From the NCBI GenBank assembly GCA_030749035.1, contig JASMKV010000329.1, positions 1-52,753 of the forward strand: a stretch of DNA of 52,753 bases, given 5' to 3'. Of the stretch, positions 29,167 to 39,000 are shown one piece after another. This DNA comes from Myxococcota bacterium (GTDB lineage: Bacteria > Myxococcota > XYA12-FULL-58-9 > JASMKV01). The position numbers were made by a program, and so were the translations under genes. Position 1 is the stretch's first letter, and each line of letters opens with the position of its first letter. Below the pieces are notes generated by a model. That model worked only from the letters and a program-made list of their open reading frames with translations. It was not told where the DNA came from and ran no database searches.

Positions 29167-30435
29167 CTAGCGTATTTCTTTGGCTAAGCGTTTAATCATT
29201 TTTTTGATATTGGCATCCTCTTTATCGATACTTTGCGCCATTTCTGCATGCACCAATGCGCCCGCATAATCTTGACGGGCTTCGAGAACACTCGCCGCAA
29301 CAAGGCGAGATTTCTTCGACCTTGGCGCCGCTTTGACCGCGCGATTTGCATAAAACCACGCTGCATCATAATCATCGGTCTTAAAATACTCCTCGGCCGC
29401 ACGAACGGCAAAACGCTCAGTATTTTGCACCAAATCAGAGGCTTGCGCATATTCTCTCGCAGCCTGGCCAGGGTTACCCGCCGATGAATCGAGATCTGCT
29501 GTTTCTGCTATACCTATCGCTTTTTGTTCAACTGCTTTGTCTTGTGTTTCTTTAAACTGATGTCGATATTCACCATTATGTGGCGCAAAAGTGCTCGCTA
29601 ATTTAAAACTCGCTGCGGCCGAATATAAATCGCCAGCACGCAATTGCTCCATCCCCATTTCATGCAAATCTTTGGCTTTTTTCAAGTTGCCTTCGGCCGG
29701 TACACGGGAACGCCGCTTGTCTTTAATCAATCGACGCCGCTCTTCAAGCCGCTCTTGTCTTTCATCCTTTTTTTTGCGTTGCGCCTCGATCAATTCCAAG
29801 CGGGCGCGACGCTCTGGATCCATCTCAATTTCACTCTCAGCGTCATCCTCATCCTCAACTTCATCCATCACCACCTGATCAAGTCCACTTTCTTCAATAA
29901 TCTTTTTGGCGTAAACCTTGCGCTGGTCATCTTCGGCAAGAAAATCGTGCGCCTCCTTCATCGCACGAAAAATGATCTCCATACGCTTACGAAAATCACC
30001 AAGCTTTCGACCAAAATACATGTCGGGATGAAAACGCTTTGAACCTGCCAGGAAAGCCTTGCGAAGATCCGCACCGCGCACAGAAGGAGCAAGATCCAGA
30101 ATCTCAAAATAATTTCCTTCAGCAATGACTTTTTCCTGGGCAATAATCATATTTTGTTCATCAGGCGTGAGATCGCATTTGGCATCAGACTTCGCCACAG
30201 GCGCAACATCCTCAAAGCCGATGACGCCATTCTGCTCGAGTAGAGCGAGCTTTGTGCGCAATTCTTCCTGCGAAAGCTTCATTAACACAGCAAGTTTTTC
30301 GCAATCGTTTTCACCATCGATATGGGCAAGGATGCTGAGCACCTCTTCGTCAAGATTTAAGGCTGGAACATCAACCTCTTTAAGCAGCTTGGGCTTCTGC
30401 TTTAATCGCTCCTCAACAAGTGCACCCATCTCCAA
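29167..30435 (-). CDS. J-domain protein with C-terminal TPRs
   Basis: Internal J domain (YFEILDL...RFHPD...AHDFL...RKVY) with intact HPD, a charged coiled coil, then TPRs; 30 nt upstream of the Hsp70 gene. Confidence 0.88.
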   Translation of the reverse strand: MEMGALVEERLKQKPKLLKEVDVPALNLDEEVLSILAHIDGENDCEKLAVLMKLSQEELRTKLALLEQNGVIGFEDVAPVAKSDAKCDLTPDEQNMIIAQEKVIAEGNYFEILDLAPSVRGADLRKAFLAGSKRFHPDMYFGRKLGDFRKRMEIIFRAMKEAHDFLAEDDQRKVYAKKIIEESGLDQVVMDEVEDEDDAESEIEMDPERRARLELIEAQRKKKDERQERLEERRRLIKDKRRSRVPAEGNLKKAKDLHEMGMEQLRAGDLYSAAASFKLASTFAPHNGEYRHQFKETQDKAVEQKAIGIAETADLDSSAGNPGQAAREYAQASDLVQNTERFAVRAAEEYFKTDDYDAAWFYANRAVKAAPRSKKSRLVAASVLEARQDYAGALVHAEMAQSIDKEDANIKKMIKRLAKEIR

Positions 30436-30509
30436 ACTATTGAGGATTTACGCCGAAGTTGCAAGAGCTGATTGTGCCAAGCACACAAGTTCGAGAGAAC
30501 GGCCTGAGC

Positions 30510-31841
30510 TTATTGCTGGTATTTCGCAATCACTTTTTTAACCTCTGGCGTATCAGCGTGCTCAGGCTCAAGCTCAACAAAGCGCTGATAAAAAGAAACC
30601 GCCTGCGTAATATTTCCAGCACGCATATAGGCAATACCCAGTGACCGAAAAGCCAAGCCAAAATGTGGATTCTCCGCAATCGCCAACTCTAAAGATTTGA
30701 TCGACTCTTCAACCCGGTTTTCATTCAAAAATTGATTGCCGGCCAAATAATGGCTGCGCGCTTCCTTTTCATCAACAGGCGAGATGACCTTTGGCTTTTC
30801 AGATGGCTTTTCAGACACACTCTTTTGCGCGTGTGTTTTGTCACCGGCTTCTGCAGCAGATGTACCGACTTTCTCTGGCGTATCTTCCCCTTGATGCTCT
30901 ACCCCTTTGGGTTCATCTTTCTGTACCGTTTCGGGGGCTTCAATCCTGGCTGATGTCTGACTTGGCTCGTTTGGGCTAAAAAAAGTCACCATGCCAAAAC
31001 CTGCAAGGGCCAAGACCCCCAGCGCAACAAGTGGCTTGCGATTTTGCTTCGGACGGATATGAACCGACCGTATTGCGGTTGGCGAAACAGGCTTGGGCGT
31101 TGGGGCCTGAGAAGACTCAACCTTAAACGATGGCCGAGCACGTCCAAACACAACATCGTCCTGGGAAACCTTGGACCACTTATTAGGACCACCGGCAGCC
31201 GCTTTTGCGCCTGCACCGGAGAGATGATCGCTGGCCACAGCCTTTTGCTCGCGAAAACGCTCCTTGGCTTCATTTAAGATATCCCTACCCTCCACGTCCT
31301 CACTTGCTGCCGGAGGAGGCGCAAACGCTAAGTGTGCATCCTCAACAAGAGGTTCGCCCCCAGCATCTGACTCGCTGTTCTCGAGAACCTCCGAAGCCTC
31401 AACATCTGAATCCGCCGGCACAGAAGACTCGACCACGCCATAAGGCATCTCCGATTCGGACTCGACAGAGGGCTCAGGCTCCACAGAGGGCTCAGGTTCG
31501 ACAGAGGGCTCAGGCTCCACAGGGGCCTCGGCAGCGTCCTCGTCCACACTCGCCGGCGCAGATTCTAGCGATGTGGGTGCGTCTAAAACATCATCTGGAG
31601 CGTCTTCGTCTTTTGAAATTTCAGCATTCAGGGCAGATGCCGGAACCAATTCGCTGCCATCGTCAGCCTGGGCATCTGCGTCTTCGGTCTCCACCATATC
31701 GGGCGCCGGCATCACCAAACCATCGGGCGCAACACGAGTGAGACCCTGGCACGCCTTGCATTCGACAAGATTCACATCATCAAGCAGCTGAGCCGAACGT
31801 ACAAAGATGGGCTGAGTGCAATATGGGCACGGAACAAGCAT
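30510..31841 (-). CDS. Zn-ribbon / acidic linker / TM / periplasmic TPR protein
   Basis: N-terminal CPYC-x19-CKAC (MJ0042-type), long acidic disordered linker, one TM (LVALGVLALAGFGMVTFF) and C-terminal TPRs. Confidence 0.8.
   Translation of the reverse strand: MLVPCPYCTQPIFVRSAQLLDDVNLVECKACQGLTRVAPDGLVMPAPDMVETEDADAQADDGSELVPASALNAEISKDEDAPDDVLDAPTSLESAPASVDEDAAEAPVEPEPSVEPEPSVEPEPSVESESEMPYGVVESSVPADSDVEASEVLENSESDAGGEPLVEDAHLAFAPPPAASEDVEGRDILNEAKERFREQKAVASDHLSGAGAKAAAGGPNKWSKVSQDDVVFGRARPSFKVESSQAPTPKPVSPTAIRSVHIRPKQNRKPLVALGVLALAGFGMVTFFSPNEPSQTSARIEAPETVQKDEPKGVEHQGEDTPEKVGTSAAEAGDKTHAQKSVSEKPSEKPKVISPVDEKEARSHYLAGNQFLNENRVEESIKSLELAIAENPHFGLAFRSLGIAYMRAGNITQAVSFYQRFVELEPEHADTPEVKKVIAKYQQ
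31461..31522. repeat. 18-bp tandem repeat (~3.4 copies) encoding VEPEPS
   Basis: ctcgacagagggctcagg / ctccacagagggctcagg / ttcgacagagggctcagg / ctccacag. Confidence 0.92.
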
Positions 31842-31999
31842 GATTTACAACTTCCGACAAACCCTACCATCAGCCTCCTAGTCAGGCAAAATAGCTGCAA
31901 ATTTTGGAAAATATTTCTTCAAATCATAGCCTTCATCGGTGTAATGCGCTATAGCCGGCCTACGCTGGTCGCGATTCATCAGGAAGGTCATATAACGGG

Positions 32000-33358
32000 A
32001 TGCCTATGAGTAATAAAAGTTATATCGGAGCCATACAACATATTCTGCTCTTCTCTGGGTGCATCCTTTTGTGCTCTCCTTTAAATGCTGCTGAGATTAC
32101 AGATGTCCCCGATGCTGCCGATTTCGTTCAAATTGGTAAGCAACGCGTCATGGACCCTTTTGATATTTACGTGCACACCACCTTTAAGCTGGAAAACTCC
32201 TCCGGAATCATCAGCCGCGAATCCACATTGGAAGAAAATTGCTCGGTCGCCAATCCACGCGCCTGCACCCCTAAAGACGAACTCAAATGGACACGCTCTT
32301 CCCAAATTCTGAATGTCGGCGTCGAAACAGGCTTATATCGCGATCTGGCCTTGGTTTTGGATTTTGATGTCACCCTCGGCAATACCCTGGAGTTCGATTA
32401 TGCCACAGGTGTCGATGCCAGCTCGAGCTCTATCGATAATGGAGACGCCAATACTGCTCTTTTTAGCCACGACTACCTCGCCTATCACAAAGGCATCAAG
32501 GGACTTAACCTGGGTCTTCGCTATGGTCCACTGAACGATGAAAGAGACCCCTCTAAGCCCATGTGGGTCCTTTCTTTTATTTGGAAAACTCCTTTTCTCT
32601 CAACAACTTACGATCCTGTTGACGAAGCGAGTAAGGCCAATCCCGGCCCCGTAGGCGACGGCATACACCGCTTAACTTTTGGTACCGCGTTTTCCAAACG
32701 TCTTGGCTATTTCGGCGACATGCTCCTGGAACAAAAAAATCTTTATCGCCGAGGCTATCTCGAGCCCTACGTGGCCATGAATTATGCCCTACCGATTGCC
32801 GATGATTCCAAAGCACTCACACCGAATAAACCCTCGACGAGCGACGAGTTTCGCCGTTCCCCCTCCCATGAAATCAATCTCAAAGGTGGCCTCGAAGTCA
32901 TCGCCAGTGAAGACATACGCTACGGGCGCAAAATCTCATTCGACTTTGGCGTCGACACAACCTACTACACCGAAGGCAGAAACTTATCGGTCATGAGTAA
33001 CCCCCTTAAGGAACTGACCTATACGGAACAATTTTTGCGCATCGCTGGCGTGATTGGGGCAAACTTGCAACTCGCCCCCTATTTTCGACTCAAAACAGGG
33101 CTGCATTTCGGCGCACAGACGCCCTTCTTTGTCACCTATGAGGATGTGGGCATCGATGGCGCCAACGGCACTCCCGATGGCCAAGTTCTGCCCAATGATC
33201 CCAACGATAAATTGAATCCCTATTTTTGCATGAATGATGAAACGGATATCTGCTACGAAAAAAATCTTGCTGCATCCTACGACCAAGTCGGTTTTCGTTT
33301 TCGCAATACTTCGACAAATTTTTTCCGCTGGTTCATTTCTTTACTTTTAACATTTTAA
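32000..33358 (+). CDS. Putative outer-membrane beta-barrel protein, myxobacterial hypothetical
   Basis: Signal peptide (LNA|AEIT), many amphipathic strands, terminal Phe (FISLLLTF), two Cys pairs in probable loops. Confidence 0.65.
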   Translation: MPMSNKSYIGAIQHILLFSGCILLCSPLNAAEITDVPDAADFVQIGKQRVMDPFDIYVHTTFKLENSSGIISRESTLEENCSVANPRACTPKDELKWTRSSQILNVGVETGLYRDLALVLDFDVTLGNTLEFDYATGVDASSSSIDNGDANTALFSHDYLAYHKGIKGLNLGLRYGPLNDERDPSKPMWVLSFIWKTPFLSTTYDPVDEASKANPGPVGDGIHRLTFGTAFSKRLGYFGDMLLEQKNLYRRGYLEPYVAMNYALPIADDSKALTPNKPSTSDEFRRSPSHEINLKGGLEVIASEDIRYGRKISFDFGVDTTYYTEGRNLSVMSNPLKELTYTEQFLRIAGVIGANLQLAPYFRLKTGLHFGAQTPFFVTYEDVGIDGANGTPDGQVLPNDPNDKLNPYFCMNDETDICYEKNLAASYDQVGFRFRNTSTNFFRWFISLLLTF

Positions 33359-33370
33359 AGGAAACGTCCA

Positions 33371-34204
33371 ATGATTGGTGTTATCGGCGGCAGTGGTATC
33401 TACAATCTTGACAATTTTAACATCACCTCCACGCAAGAGGTGAGCACGCCTTTTGGCGCCCCATCAGATAAAGTGATGCTTGGCGAGCTCAATGGCGCTG
33501 AGATTGCCTTTATCCCACGCCACGGCAGTGGGCACCGACTCCTTCCACATGAGGTACCTTATCAAGCGAATGTTTTTGCGCTCAAAAAACTCGGCGCGCG
33601 CGCGCTCATTTCGGTATCGGCTGTCGGCTCAATGCGTCAGGAAATCCACCCTGGCGATATCCTTATCCCAGACCAATTCATCGATCGCACCATGGGCAGG
33701 GCCTCTACTTTTTTTGGTGATGGTCTGGTTGGACATGTTTCTGTCTCCGATCCTGTCTCACCAGAACTTGCGCAGCATTTTACTCAAATGATTGAAGAAG
33801 AAAATATCAAATGTCATAAAAGCGGCACTTACGTCTGCATACAAGGTCCTGCATTCTCAACACGAGGCGAGTCTGAACTTTATCGCACTTGGAATGTTGA
33901 TGTGATTGGCATGACGGCCTGTCCCGAATTTAAACTCGCTCGCGAAGCCCAACTTCACTACATGACATTGGCGCTGGTCACAGATTACGACTGCTGGCAC
34001 AGTGAAGAAGAGGATGTCAGCGCAGAGAGCGTCATTCAAACGCTTAATAAGAATTCTGCAAATGTAAAACGTATCCTGAGCAAAAGCCTGCCCGCTTTAA
34101 GCCAGCGCCTTACGCCACTCAACGCACTTGAACACGCACTGATGAGCGATCCTGCATTGCTCTCAAAAGAGCAACAAGATCTACTCGACATTTTAAAACA
34201 ATAG
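33371..34204 (+). CDS. mtnP: S-methyl-5'-thioadenosine phosphorylase
   Basis: IGVIGGSGIY, TPFGAPSD, PRHG, SAVGS, DQFIDRT, GPAFSTRGES, IGMT..PE.KLAREA, VTDYDCW. Confidence 0.95.
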   Translation: MIGVIGGSGIYNLDNFNITSTQEVSTPFGAPSDKVMLGELNGAEIAFIPRHGSGHRLLPHEVPYQANVFALKKLGARALISVSAVGSMRQEIHPGDILIPDQFIDRTMGRASTFFGDGLVGHVSVSDPVSPELAQHFTQMIEEENIKCHKSGTYVCIQGPAFSTRGESELYRTWNVDVIGMTACPEFKLAREAQLHYMTLALVTDYDCWHSEEEDVSAESVIQTLNKNSANVKRILSKSLPALSQRLTPLNALEHALMSDPALLSKEQQDLLDILKQ

Positions 34205-34213
34205 AATCCTAAA

Positions 34214-36049
34214 CTAAGGAACAACGATAGGGCCCAGTGAAAAATTGCTCACGGGCGATGGGTTTTTGGCCGGTGGAAACTGCCAAAGCAGCATGCGATC
34301 ACTCACGCAGGCTGGTATATTACTCACCAGAATTTTATCCGGACCCTTAATTTTCGCCTCAGAGACACGGCCATTGACACCGATCAACCAATCCATGGTA
34401 AGTCGATAACTTCCGCCTTCAATTTGCTGACGCCCATAAGATTTATTAAAGCATATCTGAACATCACCCTGGTAATCTTTCACCGTAGAGATAATTTGAT
34501 CTAAAGTAAGCGCGTTTTGCGACGCTTCAATTTTCTCTACAATAGGCTCCAAAGCCAGGGCCTTCTGACTGGCTTGCTCTTTCTTCACTGATTTGATGGG
34601 CTTAATCGGTTTCGCATTATGCAATTGCCTTAAGACTTCATCGACACGCTTATTGACCGCCATATCCATATCCGTGGCAGAAGGTCGACTCACCAAGACA
34701 AAAATAAGGGCGCTCGACAAAAGAATAATCGCGCCAAATAAGATAACAGTGAGGCGTTGCGGTGGCTCTACTGAGCGGGGAATTGATTTTTTAGGTACAA
34801 CCCAACCCTGACTCAAATCTTCGGCGGAAGCATCCGAGCTCGCTTCTGTCCGCTTAAGCTCTTCTTGGCTCGGCTCTAAGCCAGCAACTTCGACACTGGG
34901 CCCACTCTCGATATCTGGCTCCTCGGAAAAATCTCCGGCAGGGGCCTGCGCTTCCTCAGCCTGATGCACGCCGTGAATTTCTTCCTGCACCAAATCACTT
35001 AAATCACTCCCAATCGCCGTCACCTGAGTGTCGCCATAAGTCTCTGGCACAGCCAAATCAACACCATCGATAGGGCTATCGAAAGTCAATTCATCAACGT
35101 CGTTCTCTGCAGCCCCGCCCATGGCTTGCTGCCTTAAGTCCGCCAAATTAAGCGAAGCGGCTCTATCAGGAGCGTCTGTCGCGCCCGCCTCTAAACCTAA
35201 ATATGCTGCCAAAACAGGCACTTCAGCCACCGGCACCCAGTCAGCCATACCCGCTGACCACACCAAGCTCTCTTCATCAATTTCCTGCGCCAACCAACGC
35301 GCCTGTAAGGTTGGTCCCAACATAGGGCCGATCTGCTCCCCATCAATGGCCACATACCACTGACGTGTCTCGAGCTCCACATCCATCGGCAACGTCGTAG
35401 CTTGCTCGGCTGTCTTCTCAGCAAATTCATCGTCATCGTCTGAGGCATCATCAAAATCCTCTGAACTTTCCTGATCCTCTTGTCCACCTAAAGACGCCAA
35501 CGCCAGCGCTTCAATATTTCCTCCGGTGTCCAAAGCCCCCACGGGCATTTGCAGCGTCTCTTGACCCACAAAATTACCTTGGGACTCCTGCGCACGCATC
35601 TGCATGCTTTCAAAATCTGCCGTGGTGAAAGCTTCGGTCGGAGGGTCAAAATGACTTACAACCGTATGTTCCGCATTATCGTCCGCAACGTGGGCACTCA
35701 CGACAGCCTGGTGCTCGGCAACTTGTTGCATCTCCAAGCCCCCGTCACCTGCAACCGCTTCGCTTTCCTCATTGCCGGTACGCATTTTAATGTCGTTGAT
35801 GTCTTCGGAACTAAAAGTGCGGGTATCAAGATCCTGAAAATCACTGCTTTCCATCACCAGAGTCGCTTCATGTTGTCCAAAAGCGATCTCCGCTTCTGCA
35901 GGCGAAATGTTCTCTTGTGCAGAGGTATCAGATAAATGCACCGTAATGATGTTCCCACATTTTTTGCAATTAACGCGAATACCCAAAGAACCGATTTTCG
36001 AATCTTCTACCCGGTATTCGGCGCTGCAATTCCCACAAGAAAAATCCAT
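34214..36049 (-). CDS. gltJ: GltJ/AgmX-like protein (Zn-ribbon, GYF_2, TM, AgmX/PglI C-terminal domain)
   Basis: MDFSCGNC...RVNCKKC Zn ribbon from ATG 36049; WYVAIDGEQIGPM...LVWSAGMADW GYF-2 domain; one TM; TonB_C-like tail (W.I..NG.V...C......WQFP); directly downstream of the gltI-like gene. Confidence 0.85.
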   Translation of the reverse strand: MDFSCGNCSAEYRVEDSKIGSLGIRVNCKKCGNIITVHLSDTSAQENISPAEAEIAFGQHEATLVMESSDFQDLDTRTFSSEDINDIKMRTGNEESEAVAGDGGLEMQQVAEHQAVVSAHVADDNAEHTVVSHFDPPTEAFTTADFESMQMRAQESQGNFVGQETLQMPVGALDTGGNIEALALASLGGQEDQESSEDFDDASDDDDEFAEKTAEQATTLPMDVELETRQWYVAIDGEQIGPMLGPTLQARWLAQEIDEESLVWSAGMADWVPVAEVPVLAAYLGLEAGATDAPDRAASLNLADLRQQAMGGAAENDVDELTFDSPIDGVDLAVPETYGDTQVTAIGSDLSDLVQEEIHGVHQAEEAQAPAGDFSEEPDIESGPSVEVAGLEPSQEELKRTEASSDASAEDLSQGWVVPKKSIPRSVEPPQRLTVILFGAIILLSSALIFVLVSRPSATDMDMAVNKRVDEVLRQLHNAKPIKPIKSVKKEQASQKALALEPIVEKIEASQNALTLDQIISTVKDYQGDVQICFNKSYGRQQIEGGSYRLTMDWLIGVNGRVSEAKIKGPDKILVSNIPACVSDRMLLWQFPPAKNPSPVSNFSLGPIVVP

Positions 36050-36099
36050 GATGTTATTTCTTACAAAAGATGGGCCGCACGGCAAGATCAAAGAGCAGC

Positions 36100-39000
36100 T
36101 TATGCAACCGACGTTTCTCTACCCATATCCTTGACTTCGAGTCCAAGACTCTTGCGTAGGCGCAGATACTCTTTAGATGCTGCAAATTTAATAAGCGCAT
36201 CAACAAATTGTTTTGAAGGAAAAGCTGGACCTTCTGGAAGACCAACCTGAATACCACGGGCCGCCGTTGCCAAATCTCCACCCAAGACAAAACCTGAGCG
36301 AACCAGAGTATGTTCAACTCCGGCACAATATTGGCCCATACCACCGCCATCTCTGACACTGCGGTACGCCTCTAATGCACATGGCTGCAATTGCTGTAAT
36401 ATTTTCGTTGGCAATGACCTAAAAATACGTTGCCAATTCTCAACATCTTCGGGATCAGCATCAATTTCCACTTGCGGGTTATATACGGCACAAAGCCCAA
36501 AAAGAATGTGGCGCAACTCATCAACCCCGTAAACACTAGGTAAAAAGAGCTCTGGACGAGCACCAGCCAAAACACGACCAATCTGAAAGCGCACAGCAGG
36601 CTCATCTGCCTGTCGCAGGAGCTCATTATGCTCACCCACAACCAAGGCCGGAGGCTGTGATTGACAAAGTCTCAATGTTTCCATGGAGCCACGCTTCTCG
36701 TACAAGCCCACCGAAGGCAGATTAAAAACGTAACGCGCATAGGTGATTAGCTCAGCAACCGGTGACGAATCTCGCTCAAGATCGATCTGTTCACGCGACT
36801 TAAGCCCTAAACGCTTGGCCGGCACGGTTAAAGAATCCGGTGCCAAACGGCAAAGCGTGGCAAAAAGAGTACCGACAGGGTTTTCAACATCTGGATGCAG
36901 AAGAATCTTCCATTCAGTTTCACGCATCGACTCTTGTGGACGCTCAGGCAATGCTGTGAGTAAACGCTCGAAACGCTGCCGCTGCGGCTCGTCGAGACCT
37001 TCAGAAAAACCGATGATCTCACTCAAGACAAACACCGCATCCCAGTCTTCACTCTTTTCATATAAATCTAAGAGTTGACGGATAATCCCCAAAGGCTTCT
37101 CTTGCTTGAGCAACACCGCATGCAATCGACCGATGGCTTTGTCGCGCGTGTCCGGATTTTGTGCGTATAACTCGGTTAACATCGCATAATCGTCAGGCCG
37201 GCCTGGCTCGAGACTCTCAATGACCTCGTAAGCCATCACCCCATTTTCAGGTTGTTCCAAATAGTGGTGATACAATTCGGCCAATTTACGCCATAATTCG
37301 ACACGCCGGCCCACAGATAAGTCTTTCGAACGTACAATCATAATACGATAATTGTACTCGAGCGCTTCCCAATCTTTTTGCTCGCGAAGAATACGTTCAA
37401 CCGCAGTGAACGCCTTATCGTTGGCAGGAATATGCTCAAGCGATTGATTGTATTTCTGCACCGCCAAACGAGGATTGCGTAAAACTGTTTCGTAGAGATA
37501 TCCCAGTCGGTAATTGAGCTCGGCTAAATTTTCTTGTCCTGAAGCGACTTGAATAGCCTGGTCGAAAACTTCTGCTGCGCGTAATGTGTCACCGCTTTCA
37601 ATATAGAGCTGAGCAATATGCTGCAGATGCTCCAACGAAGGGTTCTTCATATGGCGTATTGGTAAAAGAATATTGATGGCTCGACCAATATCTCGCAATT
37701 TAAAACGGGCAAGATCTGCCATCTCTAATAAAACCTCAACGCGTGTATTTTCCGGCAATGCATCTGCCAAGCGGCTTAAACGCTCGAGGGCCGTCTCATA
37801 ATTCTCAAGATTCTTATCAAGATCAGACAAACAACGCAGTGAATGTGTATGCCGGGGATCAATCGTTAAAGCTTTTTCAAACTGACTGTATGCGCGATCC
37901 GACTGTTGTTGCTTCAAGCATAAATCACCAAGCTGCCAATAAATGTCCACCGCTTCGGCATCCGTAAGACTGTCACGGTGGTAGCGCAAAATGGCTTGAA
38001 ACACTTTCTCGGCTTCTGCCCATAAGCCTGCTGCGAGCAATGCCTGCGAAAGCCCCTCACCAGATGGCAAATACGTACTGTCGGCATCAAAAGAGCGGCG
38101 ATAGTAATCGAGTGCTTCGTCGGCGCGGTTCAGATGCTCGTAGATCGTACCTAAACGGTAGCATTTTTGACAAAAAAGCTGGCGTTGTTTGCCCGCATCG
38201 AGGCCCGTGATGACCTTTCGATATAGCTCTTCTGCATCTTCCCATCGCTGTGAGCGGTAATAAATATCCGCCAAAGCATCGACCGAACGCAAGTGATGCT
38301 CGTCCAAACCTAAGGCTTGTTGATAGTAGCGCACGGAAAGTGCTTCATCATCTCGTACATCTTGATAATAGCGCCCAGCTTCATAAAAAAGTTCAACTTT
38401 GTCGTCACTGGGCTGCGCTGTTTCAAGCTCAGTCAAAAGATAAGTGCCATACACATCCCATTGTTCAGAAGAACGGGCGACTTCGCGTAATGCCTTAAGC
38501 GCCTGTGGACAATGTGGGTCAATCGCCAACGCTTTAGAATAAGCCTGTCGTGCGGACTCCCTGTCCATGACAACATCATTTTGAATCTCACCAATACGAA
38601 CCCATAACGGCACTGCTTTGGGGTTTTCCTTCAAAATCGCTGCTTCAAGCTCAAGCATTTCAATGGCTTTTCGCCATTCCCCTGTACGCTCAAAAAGCTC
38701 ACCCAGGCCATGCAAAGCAATCACATTGGTGCTGTCGAGTTCGCGTACGCGACTGTAGTATTTCTTTGCTGCAAGATAATCAGAAAGTTCTTCTTCAACA
38801 ATGGATGCCGCACGCAAATAGATTTCAATGGCTTTATCGCTGTCACCAATGAGCTCCACATGATGCTCCAGGACTTCGACCAAACGCTGCCATGCCCCCA
38901 TATCCGCAAGCAGACCTTCGAGCTTTTCAATAATAGATAAATGTTTCGCATCAAAAGTAAGCGCTCTCTCATAGCACTCAACGGCCTCACCGATGCTGTC

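Noticed and set aside
31461-31522. Repeat considered as a mini-CRISPR
   Set aside because: Head-to-tail 18-mers without spacers, in frame within a CDS; no cas genes.
9209-34204. metH and mtnP as a methionine-cycle cluster
   Set aside because: More than 20 kb apart, on opposite strands, and separated by unrelated operons.
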